Assembly: GCF_006345805.1 (NCBI RefSeq)
Contig: NC_043002.1
Span: forward strand, 34,534,001-34,598,000
Source of the DNA: Octopus sinensis
Lineage: Eukaryota
DNA: 64,000 nucleotides
Direction of reading: 5' to 3'
In this document: piece by piece, positions 1-11,676 of the stretch
Numbering within the stretch: the first letter of the stretch is position 1
Layout of the letters: every line of letters starts with the position of its first letter
Position numbers and translations under genes: made by a program
The notes under the pieces: model-generated
Database searches by the model: none
What the model was told of the DNA's origin: nothing
The model's input: the letters and a program-made list of their open reading frames with translations, nothing else

Positions 1-348
1 TGCCAGAAAACAAGATATATAGAGAGATAGATATCCTTTGGTAAAGAATGAAAATCACACTCACACATTTAATAGAAACCTGTAAAGAATAGTCAATATA
101 CATTAGCGTGAGCATGCAGAGTGACCCCATGAAGACACAGCCAATTGTTAAAATATGGGCATTCCCTCGATATAACTCGACGACGTTGGGCATTTCCGAA
201 TTCAAAGAAATTCGAATTGATGCAGAGAAATTCCTGCTTGCAGCTGTTTCCACATCCAATCAATTGAATTATAGAAATTTAAATTCCCATACTTGAAACC
301 AGTCAATTGGTAATTTCTTCTGGGACAATTTCCAAAAAGAAAACTCGT

Positions 349-388
349 TGCCCGCAGAGAGACTTAAAACCGCGACCCTCAGATTTCA
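349..388 (-). pseudogene. Antisense 3'-half of tRNA-Lys (intron end, T arm, acceptor 3' strand), degenerate
   Basis: Reverse complement reads TGAAATCTGAGGGTCGCGGTTTTAAGTCTCTCTGCGGGCA. Confidence 0.85.
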
Positions 389-435
389 AGTTCAAAAGAT
401 TTAATCTATTTAAATCATCATTGAATCGCATGTCA

Positions 436-527
436 GCCCGCATAGCTCAGTCGGTAGAGCATCAGACTTTTAAGAACTGCCGTGTTATGAAATCTGAGGG
501 TCGCGAGTTCAAGTCCCTCTGCGCGCG
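436..527 (+). pseudogene. tRNA-Lys(TTT) with 19-nt intron, damaged (G52A, G70C)
   Basis: Full cloverleaf with intron AGAACTGCCGTGTTATGAA after A37; mismatches in T stem and acceptor stem. Confidence 0.8.
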
Positions 528-1070
528 ACGAATTTTCTTTTGGAAATTGTCGCAGAAGAAATGTCCAATTAACTGGTTGGTTTTATATTTGCTGGATGAT
601 TTTATATTTACAGATATTTATTAGTATGTTACATTTTTTATGAGTCATATATCATATAAAAGCTCTTTCGTCCACTCTAGTGGAGTTTTCAAATTGAACT
701 TTTGCAGGAATTTTTTCTCCTTTTATAGTATTATTGAGTGTGTAGGGGCGGGGAGTGATATATGATGCTACAAGAGGGTGAAGAATGGGGAGAAAGTGAG
801 AGATAGTGAGAGAGAGAGATCGTGTGTGCTTTTGTATCTTAAAATAGTGTTAAAGAAAAAGAGAAGGAAAGGAAGAAAGAGAAAGAAGAAAAAATTTGCT
901 GATATCTTTGCAGCTGGTCAGTCTTTCAATGGTAAGTGATTCTTGGCTTTTAGAAATGGCAAACCCAGCTGGTCACTCCAAGCGGAGCAAAATGTCACTT
1001 TTCAAATAATTATCTGGATTTCTTTTTTATCATTGTCTTGTGAGAGAGAGAGAGAGAGAGAGAGAGAGTG

Positions 1071-1141
<71 letters not shown>

Positions 1142-1495
1142 TGTGCGTGTATGTGCGCGCGTGTGGGTGGGTGTCTGTGTATCAGAAAGGTATGTCCAAT
1201 GGGAAAGGGGAATGAAAGGAAGGAGGAGGAGTGAAAGAAGAAAAAATGTGTTTACAATTTTGCAACTGGTGAGTCTTTCAATCCAATGTTTGATACCTGT
1301 GCTGATATGGGATGGAGAATCTGGATGAAAGAGTGTTTTTATTTACGTATATGTACATATGTGTAGTACTGTTTGTGTGTGTGCGCGCGCGCGTGTGTGT
1401 GTGTGTGTGTGTGTTTAATACAATTTACTTTACAAAATTTGTCCTTCATCTAGTACAAAATATTATATAAACATTTTCAGCCATTTCATTTGGTG

Positions 1496-1734
1496 GAGAA
1501 CTTTGTTATGAAGTATTTTTCCATATTTCTCCTGAAGGAGGTGTCATTCTTTGGACATTTGTAGAAGGGAAAGATCTTAAATTTCTTTCTCCACGTGTAT
1601 CTGGGTATTTACTCAGTGAAACACCTAGATACATGTGGAGAAGGAAAATTTAAGATCTTTCCCTTCTACAAATGTCCAAAGAATGGCGCCTCCTTCAGGA
1701 GAAATATAGAAAAATGCTTCATAACATAGTTCTC
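1496..1734. repeat. ~240-bp near-perfect palindrome (fold-back, MITE-like), centre in flipped orientation
   Basis: GAGAACTTTGTTATGAAG...CTTCATAACATAGTTCTC; arms pair up to an 8-nt centre ACTCAGTG; GTG flanks both sides. Confidence 0.92.
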
Positions 1735-2100
1735 GTGATGCAACTGAAACAGATGAGGGCTATATTATACAAGCTGCGCACTGGGGTCGATCTATTCGAC
1801 TGGCCCACTCCACAAAAACATCGGGCCTTGTGCCTAGAGTAGAAAATATTATAATTGAAAGTGAGTAGTGTATATACATCTTGTACGACAAGTATGACTT
1901 TACCAGGATGGGACTTGATGAGTGAACGAATTACTATATTAAATATCAGTAGTAAATGTGAAGGAATTATTAGTAATCACTACGAGGTGACATAAGACTT
2001 CAGATGACGGCTTTATACAAAAATCGTTTCAGTTAACAAGGAATGTATAGCTAAGTCCAAAATATTTCATTTGTCTAAAAGTTAAACCGGACGAACGACG

Positions 2101-2114
2101 GCCCGCATAGCTCA
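2101..2114 (+). pseudogene. 5' stub of tRNA-Lys truncated by an internal deletion of the unit
   Basis: GCCCGCATAGCTCA joined directly to AGAGGGTGAAGAATGG, which lies about 330 bp further on in intact units. Confidence 0.8.
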
Positions 2115-2405
2115 AGAGGGTGAAGAATGGGGAGAAAGTGAGAGAGAGAGAGATCGTGTGTTTTTGTATCTTAAATAAGTGTTAAAGAAAAAGAGGACAC
2201 GAAGAAGAAGGAGGAAAGAAAGAAGAAACATTTACTGATATCTTTGCAGCTGGTCAGTCTTTCAATGGTAAGGGATTCTTGGCTTTTAGAAATGGCAAAC
2301 CTAGCTGGTCACTCCAAGGGGAGCAAAATGTCCCTTTTCAAAAAATTGTCTGGATTTCTTTTTTATCCTTGTCTTTTGAGAGGGAGAGAGAGTGTGTGCG
2401 TGTGT

Positions 2406-2441
<36 letters not shown>

Positions 2442-2660
2442 GGTGTCTGTGTATCTGAATAAGATGTCAAATGGGAAAGGAATGAAAGGAAGGAGGAGGA
2501 GAGAAAGAAGAAAAAAATGTGTTTACATTTTTACAACAGGTGAGTCTTTCAATAGAAAATATTTCTTGGCTTTTAGAAATGGCAAACTCAACTGACCACT
2601 TCAAGGGGGGCAAAATGTCACTTCTCAAAAAATTGTCTGGATTTCTTTTTATCATTGTTT

Positions 2661-2694
<34 letters not shown>

Positions 2695-2970
2695 TGCACA
2701 TGTATGTGTGCACATGTATGTGTGCACGTGTGTGTGTGCACATGTGTGTGTGTGTGTGCACATGTGTGTGTGGGTGCCTGTGTATCTGGAAGGGTTGTCG
2801 CTGGAGAAGGAAGATAGAAGAAAGAGAAGAAGAAGAAATAATTGTGTTGACATTTATACCACTGTATAAATCTTTCAATCCAGTGTTTGATTCCTGTGCT
2901 GATATGCGTTGGAGAATCTGGATGAAAGATTATTAATATTTATGTATATGTACATATGTGTAGAACTGTT

Positions 2971-3006
<36 letters not shown>

Positions 3007-3394
3007 TGTGTGTGCCTGTGTGTTTGTGTGTGTGTGTGTATGTGTTTAATACAGTTTACTTTACAAAATTGGTCCTTCATCTAGCACAAATTATTATAGA
3101 AATATTTTAAGCCATTTAATTTGGTGGAGAACATTGTTATGATTATAATTGAAAGAGAGTAGTGTATATACATTTTGTATGACAAGTATGACTTTACCAG
3201 GATGGGACTTGATGAGTGAACGAATTACTATATTAAATAACAGTAGTAAATGTGAAGGAATTATTAGTAATCACTACGGGGTGACATAAGATATCAGATG
3301 ACAGCTTTATACAACAATCGTTTCAGTTAACAAGGAATGTCTAGCTAAGTCCATAATATTTCATTTGTCTAAAAGTTAAACTGAACGGACGGAA

Positions 3395-3486
3395 ACCCGC
3401 ATAGCTCAGTCGGTAGAGCATCAGACTTTTTAGAACTGTCTAGTTATGAAATCTGAGGGTCGCGGGTTCAAGTCCCTCTGCGGGCG
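3395..3486 (+). pseudogene. tRNA-Lys(TTT) with 19-nt intron, G1A and A37T
   Basis: ACCCGCATAG...CAGACTTTTTAGAACTGTCTAGTTATGAAATCTGA...TGCGGGCG. Confidence 0.75.
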
Positions 3487-4694
3487 ACGATTTTTCTTTT
3501 GGAAATTGTCGCAGAAGAAATGTCCAATTGACTGGTTGGTTTTATATTTGCTGGATGGTTTTATACTTACAGATATTTATTAGTATGTTACATTTTTTAT
3601 GAATCATATATCATATAAAAGCGATTTGGTCCACTCTAGTGGAGTTTTCAAATTGAACTTTTGCAGGAATTTTGTCTCCATTTATAGCATTATTGTGTGT
3701 GTAGGGGCGGGGAGACATATAAGATACTACAAGAGGGTGAAGAATGGGGAGAACGTGAGAGAGAGAGATCATGTGTGTTTTTGTATCTTAAAGGTGTGTT
3801 AAAGAAAAAGAGAAGGAAAGGAAGAAGGAGAGAAAGAAGAAAAAATTTGTTGATATCTTTGCAGCTAGACAGTCTTTCAATGGTAAGTGAGTCTTGGCTT
3901 TTAGAAATGGCAAACTCAATTGGCCACTTCAAGGGGGACAAAATGTCACTTCTCCAAAAATTGTCTGGATTTCTTTTTGTCATTGTTTTGTGTATGTGTG
4001 TGTGTGTGTGTGTGTGCGTGTGTGTGTGCACGTGTGTGTGCACATGTGTGTGTGCACATGTGTGTGTGGGTGCCTGTGTATCTGGAAGGGTTGTCGCTGG
4101 AGAAGGAAGATAGAAGAAAGAGAAGAAGAAGAAATAATTGTGTTGACATTTATACCACTGTATAAATCTTTCAATCCAGTGTTTGATTCCTGTGCTGATA
4201 TGCGTTGGAGAATCTGGATGAAAGATTATTAATATTTATGTATATGTACATATGTGTAGTACTGTTTGTATGCATGTGTGTGTGTGTGTGTGTGTGTGTC
4301 TGTGTGTCTGTGTGTGTGTGTCTGTGTGTCTGTGTGTGTGTCTGTGTGTTTAATACAGTTTACTTTACAAAATACCTTCATCTAGTACAAATTATTATAG
4401 AAATATTTTAAGCCATTTAATTTGGTGGAGAACATTGTTATGATTATAATTGAAAGAGAGTAGTGTATATACATTTTGTATGACAGTATGACTTTACCAG
4501 GATGGGACTTGATGAGTGAACGAATTACTATATTAAATATCAGTAGTAAATGTGAAGGAATTATTAGTAATCACTACGGGGTGACATAAGATATCAGATG
4601 ACAGCTTTATACAACAATCGTTTCAGTTAACAAGGAATGTCTAGCTAAGTCCATAATATTTCATTTGTCTAAAAGTTAAACTGAACGGACGGAA

Positions 4695-4786
4695 GCCCGC
4701 ATAGCTCAGTCGGTAGAGCATCAGACTTTTTAGAACTGTCTAGTTATGAAATCTGAGGGTCGCGGGTTCAAGTCCCTCTGCGGGCG
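4695..4786 (+). tRNA. tRNA-Lys(TTT) with 19-nt intron, A37T variant
   Basis: Stems and A/B boxes match the array consensus; anticodon loop reads CTTTTT; TTTTT terminator follows. Confidence 0.6.
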
Positions 4787-5350
4787 ACACAATTTTTATC
4801 ATGCAATACCATTTCTTTTTTTTTTTTTTTTTTCTTAGTCGAACACATATTCACCCTGCAACTATTACAATTGCTTTCCCTTTTTGCTCAATCCTTTCTT
4901 GCTGCCCATCACGTTTTCTATTTCCATTAGCATTCAGTCTTTTGCTGTTTTATTCCTACCACGCTATGTCATCATCTTCGGCCACAGTCTAATGACTGAA
5001 ACAAATATATATAATAATTGTCACATGTAAATTAACTGACGGCCCTGGTAATACTGTGAAGCATGAGTATAGATCTCTGACTACAGTTTTCATCTATGAA
5101 GAAACATACATTTACATGGTACTAGATCCATTTCAGCCATCTAAAATCACACACAATGGCTCTCTTATATTATCATGTATTTTCATATATTAAACTTCGT
5201 TGCACCACTGCTGCGCATTAAGAGCAACACTATTGATTATTACATTTTAAGATATTGTATTATTAGTGCCAGAAAACAAGATATTTATATAGATAGATGT
5301 CCTTTGGTAAAAAATGAAAATCTTAAATATCAAATGGGATTAAATAATCA

Positions 5351-5388
5351 GAGGGATTTGAACCCGCGACCCTCAGATTTCATCTGAG
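5351..5388 (-). pseudogene. Antisense 3'-half tRNA (B-box) cassette with CTCAGAT/ATCTGAG hairpin junction
   Basis: GAGGGATTTGAACCCGCGACCCTCAGATTTCATCTGAG followed by (TATG)n and then the sense tRNA. Confidence 0.85.
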
Positions 5389-5507
5389 TATTGTTTGTGT
5401 ATGTATGTATGTATGTATGTATGTATGTATGTATGTATGTACGTAGGTATATAGTAGCTAAGTTCAAAAGATTTAATCTATCTAAATTTTCGTTGTTTTG
5501 TGTGTCA

Positions 5508-5599
5508 GCCCGCATAGCTCAGTCGGTAGAGCATCAGACATTTAAGAACTACCGTGTTGTGAAATCTGAGGGTCGCGGGTTCAAGTCCCTCTGCGGGCG
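5508..5599 (+). pseudogene. tRNA-Lys(TTT) with intron, U33A variant
   Basis: CAGACATTTAAGAACTACCGTGTTGTGAAATCTGA; the invariant U33 is lost. Confidence 0.7.
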
Positions 5600-6500
5600 A
5601 CGATTTTTCTTTTGGAAATTATTGCAGAAGAAATGTCCAATTGACTTGTTGGTTTTATATTTACAGATATTTATAAGTATGTTACATTTGTTATGAATCA
5701 TATATCATATAAAAGCGCATTCGTCCACTCTAGTGGAGTTTTCAAATTGAACTTTTGCAAGAATTTTCTCTCCTTTTATAGTATTATTGAGTGTGTAGGG
5801 GCGGGGAGAGATATGTGATTCTACAAGAGGGTGAAGAATGGGGAGAAAGTGAGAGAGAGAGAGAGAGAGGGAAAGAGAGAGAGAGAGATCGTGTGTGTTT
5901 GTGTATCTTAAAGTAGTGTTAAAGAAAAATAGAAGGAAAGGGAGAAGAAGGAGAGAAAGAAGAAAAAATTTGCTGATATCTTTTCAGCTGGTCAGTCTTT
6001 AAATGGTAAGTGATTATTGGCTTTTAAAAATGGCAAACCCAGCTGGTCACTCCAAGGGGAGCAAAATGTCACTTTTCAAATAATTAACTGGATTTCTTTT
6101 TTATCATTGTCTTCTGAGAGAGAGAGAGAGGGTGCGCGGGCGCGCGCGCATATGTGTGTGTGTGTGTGCGTGTATGTGCGCGTGTGTGTGGGTGTCTGTG
6201 TATCTGAAAAGTGTGTCAAATGGGAAAGGGGAATGAAAGGAAGGAGAAGGAGGGAAAGAAAAAAAATGCGTTTACATTTTTGCAACTGGTGAGGCTTTCA
6301 ATCCAATGTTTGATACCTGTGCTGATATGGGTTGGAGAACCTGGATGAAAGAGTGATTTTCTTTACGTATATGTACATATGTGTAGTACTGTTTGTGTGT
6401 ATGTGTGTGTGTGTGTGTGTTTAATACAATTTACTTTACAAATTTGGTCCTTCATCTAGTACAAATATTATAGAAATATTTTCAGTCATTTAATTTGGTG

Positions 6501-6740
6501 GAGAACTTTGTTATGAAGTATTTTTCCATATTTCTCCTAAAGGAGGTGTCATTCTTTGGACATTTGTAGAAGGGAAAGATCTTAAATTTTCCTTCTCCAC
6601 ATGTTTCTAGGTGTTTCGCTGAGTAAATACCCAGATACATGTGGAGAAGGAAAATTTAAGATCTTTCCCTTCTACAAATGTCCAAAGAATGACACCTCCT
6701 TCAGGAGAAATATGGAAAAATACTTCATAACATAGTTCTC
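6501..6740. repeat. 240-bp palindrome copy
   Basis: Same arms as 1496-1734; centre CGCTGAGT. Confidence 0.92.
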
Positions 6741-6876
6741 GTGTTGCAACTGAAATAACTGATGGCTATATTAAACCAGCTGCGTACTGGAGTCGATCTA
6801 TTCGACTGGCCCCCTCCTTGTTGGAAACCTGTCAATTGGTTATTTCTTCTGGACCAATTTCCAAAAGAAAACTCGT

Positions 6877-6916
6877 CGCCCCCAGAAGGATTTGAACCCG
6901 CGACCCTCAGATTTCA
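6877..6916 (-). pseudogene. Antisense 3'-half tRNA-Lys cassette
   Basis: CGCCCCCAGAAGGATTTGAACCCGCGACCCTCAGATTTCA, with the tRNA 3' trailer on its left. Confidence 0.85.
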
Positions 6917-7101
6917 TCTGAGTATTGTTTGTGTATGTATGTATGTATGTATGTATGTATGTATGTATGTATGTATGTATGTTTGTATGCATGTATGTAT
7001 GTATATATGTAGATATGCTTGTGTGCATGTATGTACGTAGGTATATATTAGCTAAGTTCAAAAGATCTAATCTATCTAAATTTTCGTTGAATCGCATGTC
7101 A

Positions 7102-7190
7102 GCCGCATAGCTCAGTCGGTAGAGCATCAGACTTTAAGAACTGCGTGTTATGAAATCTGAGGGTCGCGGGTTCAAGTCCCTCTGCGGGCG
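7102..7190 (+). pseudogene. tRNA-Lys copy with three 1-nt deletions (possibly sequencing error)
   Basis: GCCGCATAG, GACTTTAAG and CTGCGTG each lack one base of a run; the surrounding unit shows similar homopolymer losses. Confidence 0.6.
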
Positions 7191-7455
7191 ACGATTTTTC
7201 TTTTGGAAATTGTCCAAGAAGAAAATGCCCAATTGACTGATTGGTTTATATTTGCTGGATGGTTTTATATTTACAGATATTTATTAGTATGTTACATTTT
7301 TTATGAATCATATATCATATAAAAGCGCTTTGGTCCACTCTAGTGGAGTTTTCAAATTGAACTTTTGCAGGAATTTGTCTCCTTTTATAGTATATTGAGT
7401 GTGTAGGGGGGGGAGAGATTTTAAGATACTACAAGAGGGTGAAGAATGGGGAGAA

Positions 7456-7496
<41 letters not shown>

Positions 7497-7732
7497 GTGT
7501 GTGTTTTTGTATCTTAAATAAGTTTTAAAGAAAAGAGAGGAAAGGAAGAAGAAGGAGAGAAAGAAAGAAAAAATTTGCTGATATCTTTGCAGCTGGTCAG
7601 TCTTTCAATGGTAAGTGATTATTGGCTTTTAGAAATGGCAAACCCAGTTGGTCACTCCAAGGGGAGCAAAATGTCACTTTTCAAAAAATGGTCTTGATTT
7701 CTTTTTTTATCATTGTCTTGTGTGAGAGAGAG

Positions 7733-7773
<41 letters not shown>

Positions 7774-8099
7774 GTGTGGGTGTCTGTGTATCTGAAAGGA
7801 AGTGTCAAATGGGAAAGGGAATGAAAGGAAGGAGGAGGAGGAGGGAAAGAAGAAAAAATGTGTTTACATTTTTGCAACTGGTGAGTCTTTCAATCCAATG
7901 TTTGATACCTGTGCTGATATGGGTTGGAGAATCTGGATGAAAGAGTGTTTTTATTTATTTATATGTACATATGTGTAGTACTGTTTGTGTGCATATGTGT
8001 GTGTGTGTGTGTGTGTGTTTAATACAATTTACTTTACAAATTTGGTCCTTCATCTAGTACAAAATATTATAGAAACATTTTTAGCCATTTAATTTGGTG

Positions 8100-8338
8100 T
8101 AGAACTTTGTTATGAAGTATTTTTCCATATTTCTCCTGAAGGAGGTGTCATTCTTTGGACATTTGTAGAAGGGAAAGATCTTAAATTTTCCTTCTCCACA
8201 TGTTTCTAGGTGTTTCACTGAGTAAATACCCAGATACATGTGGAAAAGGAAAATTTAAGATCTTTCCTTCTACAAATGTCCAAAGAGTGACACCTCCTTC
8301 AGGAGAAATATGGAAAAATACTTCATAACATAGTTCTC
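8100..8338. repeat. 240-bp palindrome copy
   Basis: Same arms; centre CACTGAGT. Confidence 0.9.
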
Positions 8339-8608
8339 GTGATGCAACTGAAACAGATGAGGACTATGTTATACCCATTTCTTTATTACCCACAATGGGC
8401 TAAACACCTGCGCACTGGGGTCGATCTATTCGACTGGCCCCCTCTACAGAAATGTCGGGCCTTGTGCCTCGAGTAGAAATGTAACCATTGCAATGTAACC
8501 ATTGCAAGTAGTATTGTATGTATGTATGTTTGTATATATGTACGTATGTATATAGTAGATAGGTTCAAAAGATTTAATCTATCTAACTTTTCGCTGAAAC
8601 GCTTGACA

Positions 8609-8699
8609 GCCCGTATAGCTCAGTCGGTAGAGGATCAGACTTTTAAGAACTTTAGATTGATGAAATCTGAGGGACGCAGGTTAAGTACCTCTGCGGGCG
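8609..8699 (+). pseudogene. Degenerate tRNA-Lys pseudogene
   Basis: Multiple substitutions; B box destroyed (GCAGGTTAAGTACC). Confidence 0.85.
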
Positions 8700-9213
8700 A
8701 CGACTTCTCTTTTCGAAAATGACCTTGAAGAAATACCCAATTAACTGTTTTCAGATGTGAGAACTTAAAATTCTTGAATTGAATTCATTAGGTGTGGAAA
8801 CAAGTGTAAGCAGGAATTCGAATTTCTTTCAATAAGACATTCTGTACATCATTTTTTTCTATCATCTTTCTATCTATATTATACCACCTGCGCACTGGGG
8901 TCGAACTATTCGACTGGCCCCTCCACAAAAATGTCGGGCCTTGTGCCTAGAGTAGAAAAGATTATAATTGAAAGTGAGTAGTGTATATACATTTTGAATG
9001 ACCAATATGACTTTACCAGGATGGCACTTGATGAGTGAACGAATTGCTATATTAAATACCAGTAGTTAATGTGAAGGAATTATTAGTAATCACTACGGTG
9101 TGACATAAGATATCAGATGACAGCTCTATGCAACAATCGTTTCAGTTAACAAGGAATGTCTAGCTAAGTCCATAATATTTCAGTTGCCTAAAAGTTAAAC
9201 TGGACGAGAGGAA

Positions 9214-9304
9214 GCCCCATAGCTCAGTCGGTAGAGCATCAGACTTTTAAGAACTGTCGTGTTATGAAATCTGAGGGTCGAGGGTTCAAGTCCCTCTGCG
9301 GGTG
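9214..9304 (+). pseudogene. tRNA-Lys with intron, G5 deleted, C72T, A50 (paired T stem)
   Basis: GCCCCATAGC...GAGGGTTCAAGTCCCTCTGCGGGTG. Confidence 0.75.
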
Positions 9305-9906
9305 ACATATTATTTTCTTGCAATACCATTTTTTTTTCTCGTAGTCGAACACATTTTCACCCGGCAACTGTTACAATTGCTTTCCCTTTTTGCTCAATCC
9401 TTTCTTGCTGCCCATCACGTTTTCCAGCTTGGCAATGTCCTTCCGGTCTTTCGAAATATTTTTACGCTCTTCTATTTCCCTTAGCATTCAGTCTTTTGCT
9501 CTTTTATTCCTACCACGCTATGTCATCATCTTCGGCCACAGTCTAATTACTGAAACAAGTAAAATTTAATCATTGTCACAAGTAAATTAACTGACGGTCC
9601 TGGTAATTCTGTGAAGCATGAGTATAGATCTCTGACTACAGTTTTCATCTATAAAGAAACATACATTTACATGGTACTAGATCCATTTCAGCCATCTAAA
9701 ATCACACACAATGGCTCCTCTTATATTATCATGTATTTTCATATATTAAACTTCGTTGCACCACTGCTGCGCATTAAGAGCAACACTATTGATTATTACA
9801 TTTTAAGATATTGTAATATTAGTGCCAGAAAACAAGATATTTATATAGATAGATGTCCTTTGGTAAAAAATGAAAATCTTAAATAATCAATGGGATTAAA
9901 TAATCA

Positions 9907-9944
9907 GAGGGATTTGAACCCGCGACCCTCAGATTTCATCTGAG
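9907..9944 (-). pseudogene. Antisense 3'-half tRNA cassette
   Basis: Same sequence as 5351-5388. Confidence 0.85.
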
Positions 9945-10079
9945 TATTGTTTGTGTGTGTATGTATGTATGTATGTTTGTATGTATGTATGTATGTATGT
10001 ATGTATGTATGTACGTATGTATATAGTAGCTAAGTTCAAAAGATTTAATCTATCTAAATTTTCGTTGTTTTGTGTGTCA

Positions 10080-10172
10080 GCCCGCAAAGCTCAGTCGGGT
10101 AGAGCATCAGACTTTTAAGAACTACCGTGTTATGAAATCTGAGGGTCGCGGGTTCAAGTCCCTCTGCGGGCG
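10080..10172 (+). pseudogene. tRNA-Lys with intron, U8A and extra G in the D loop
   Basis: GCCCGCAAAGCTCAGTCGGGTAGAGC; A box altered. Confidence 0.7.
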
Positions 10173-10696
10173 ACGTTTTTTCTTTTGGAAATTGTTGCAG
10201 AAGAAATTTCCAATTGACTGGTTGGTTTTATATTTACAGATATTTATAAGTATGTTACATTTGTTATGAATCATATATCATATAAAAGCGCTTTCGTCCA
10301 CTCTAGTGGAGTTTTCAAATTGAACTTTTGCAAGAATTTTGTCTCCATTTATAGTATTATTGAGTGTGTAGGGGCGGGGAGAGATATGTGATTCTACAAG
10401 AGGGTGAAGAATGTGGAGAAAGTGAGAGAGAGAGATAGAGAGAGAGAGATCGTGTGTGTTTTTGTATCTTAAAGTAGTGTTAAAGAAAAATAGAAGGAAA
10501 GGGAGAAGAAGAAGAGAAAGAAAGAAGAAAAAATTTGCTGATATCTTTGCAGCTGGTCAGTCTTTCAATGGTAAGTGATTATTGGCTTTTAAAAATGGCA
10601 AACCCAGCTGGTCACTCCAAGGGGAGCAAAATGTCACTTTTCAAATAATTATCTGGATTTCTTTTTTATCATTGTCTTCTGAGAGAGAGAGAGAGG

Positions 10697-10746
<50 letters not shown>

Positions 10747-10970
10747 ATGTGCGCGTGTGTGTGGGTGTCTGTGTATCTGAAAAGTGTGTCAAATTGGAAA
10801 GGGGAATGAAAGGAAGGAGTAGGAGGGAAAGAAAAAAAAATGTGTTTACATTTTTGCAACTGGTGTGGCTTTCAATCCAATGGTTGATACCTGTGCTGAT
10901 ATGGGTTGGGGAACCTGGATGAAAGAGTGATTTTCTTTACGTATATGTACATATGTGTAGTACTTTTTGT

Positions 10971-11016
<46 letters not shown>

Positions 11017-11095
11017 AATACAATTTACTTTACAAAATTGGTCCTTCATCTAGTATAAATTATTATAGAAATATTTTCAGCCATTTAATTTGGTG

Positions 11096-11335
11096 GAGAA
11101 CTTTGTTACGAAGTATAGTTCCATATTTCTCCTAAAGGAGGTGTCATTCTTTGGACATTTGTAGAAGGGAAAGATCTTAAATTTTCCTTCTCCACATGTT
11201 TCTAGGTGTTTCGCTGAGTAAATACCCAGATACATGTGGAGAAGGAAAATTTAAGAACTTTCCCTTCTACAAATGTCCAAAGAATGACACCTCCTTCAGG
11301 AGAAATATGGAAAAATTCTTCATAACATAGTTCTC
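11096..11335. repeat. 240-bp palindrome copy
   Basis: Same arms; centre CGCTGAGT. Confidence 0.9.
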
Positions 11336-11471
11336 GTGTTGCAACTGAAATAACTGATGGCTATATTAAACCACCTGCGTACTGGAGTCGATCAATTCGA
11401 CTGGCCCCCTCCTTGTTTGAAACCTGTCAATTGGTTATTTCTTCTGGACCAATTTCCAAAAGAAAACTCGT

Positions 11472-11511
11472 TGCCCCCAGAAGGATTTGAACCCGCGACC
11501 CTCAGATTTCA
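11472..11511 (-). pseudogene. Antisense 3'-half tRNA-Lys cassette
   Basis: TGCCCCCAGAAGGATTTGAACCCGCGACCCTCAGATTTCA. Confidence 0.85.
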
Positions 11512-11676
11512 TCTGAGTATTGTTTGTGTATGTATGTATGTATGTATGTATGTATGTATGTATGAATGTATGTATGTATATATGTATGTATGCTTGTGTG
11601 TATGTATGTACGTAGGTATATATTAGCTAAGTTCAAAAGATTTAATCTATCTAAATTTTGGTTGAATCGCATGTCA

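Noticed and set aside
436-527. tRNA copies as heads of a tRNA-Lys-derived SINE
   Set aside because: Copies have both acceptor strands, an intron and immediate oligo-T terminators, and lie in tandem modules rather than dispersed with tails.
1496-1734. 240-bp palindrome as a hammerhead (CTGAAGG...GAAAGATCTT) or CRISPR-like repeat
   Set aside because: A9 is G, and neither stem I nor a stem II adjoining GAAA can form; there is no repeat-spacer structure and the DNA is eukaryotic.
5351-5599. Circularly permuted or split tRNA interpretation of the half-gene cassettes
   Set aside because: The 3' half is on the opposite strand to the downstream gene, and no matching free 5' half exists (only a 14-nt deletion stub at 2101).
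7100-7600. Cluster of 1-bp deletions suggesting a special tRNA variant
   Set aside because: Losses fall in homopolymers throughout the unit, the pattern expected from sequencing or consensus error.
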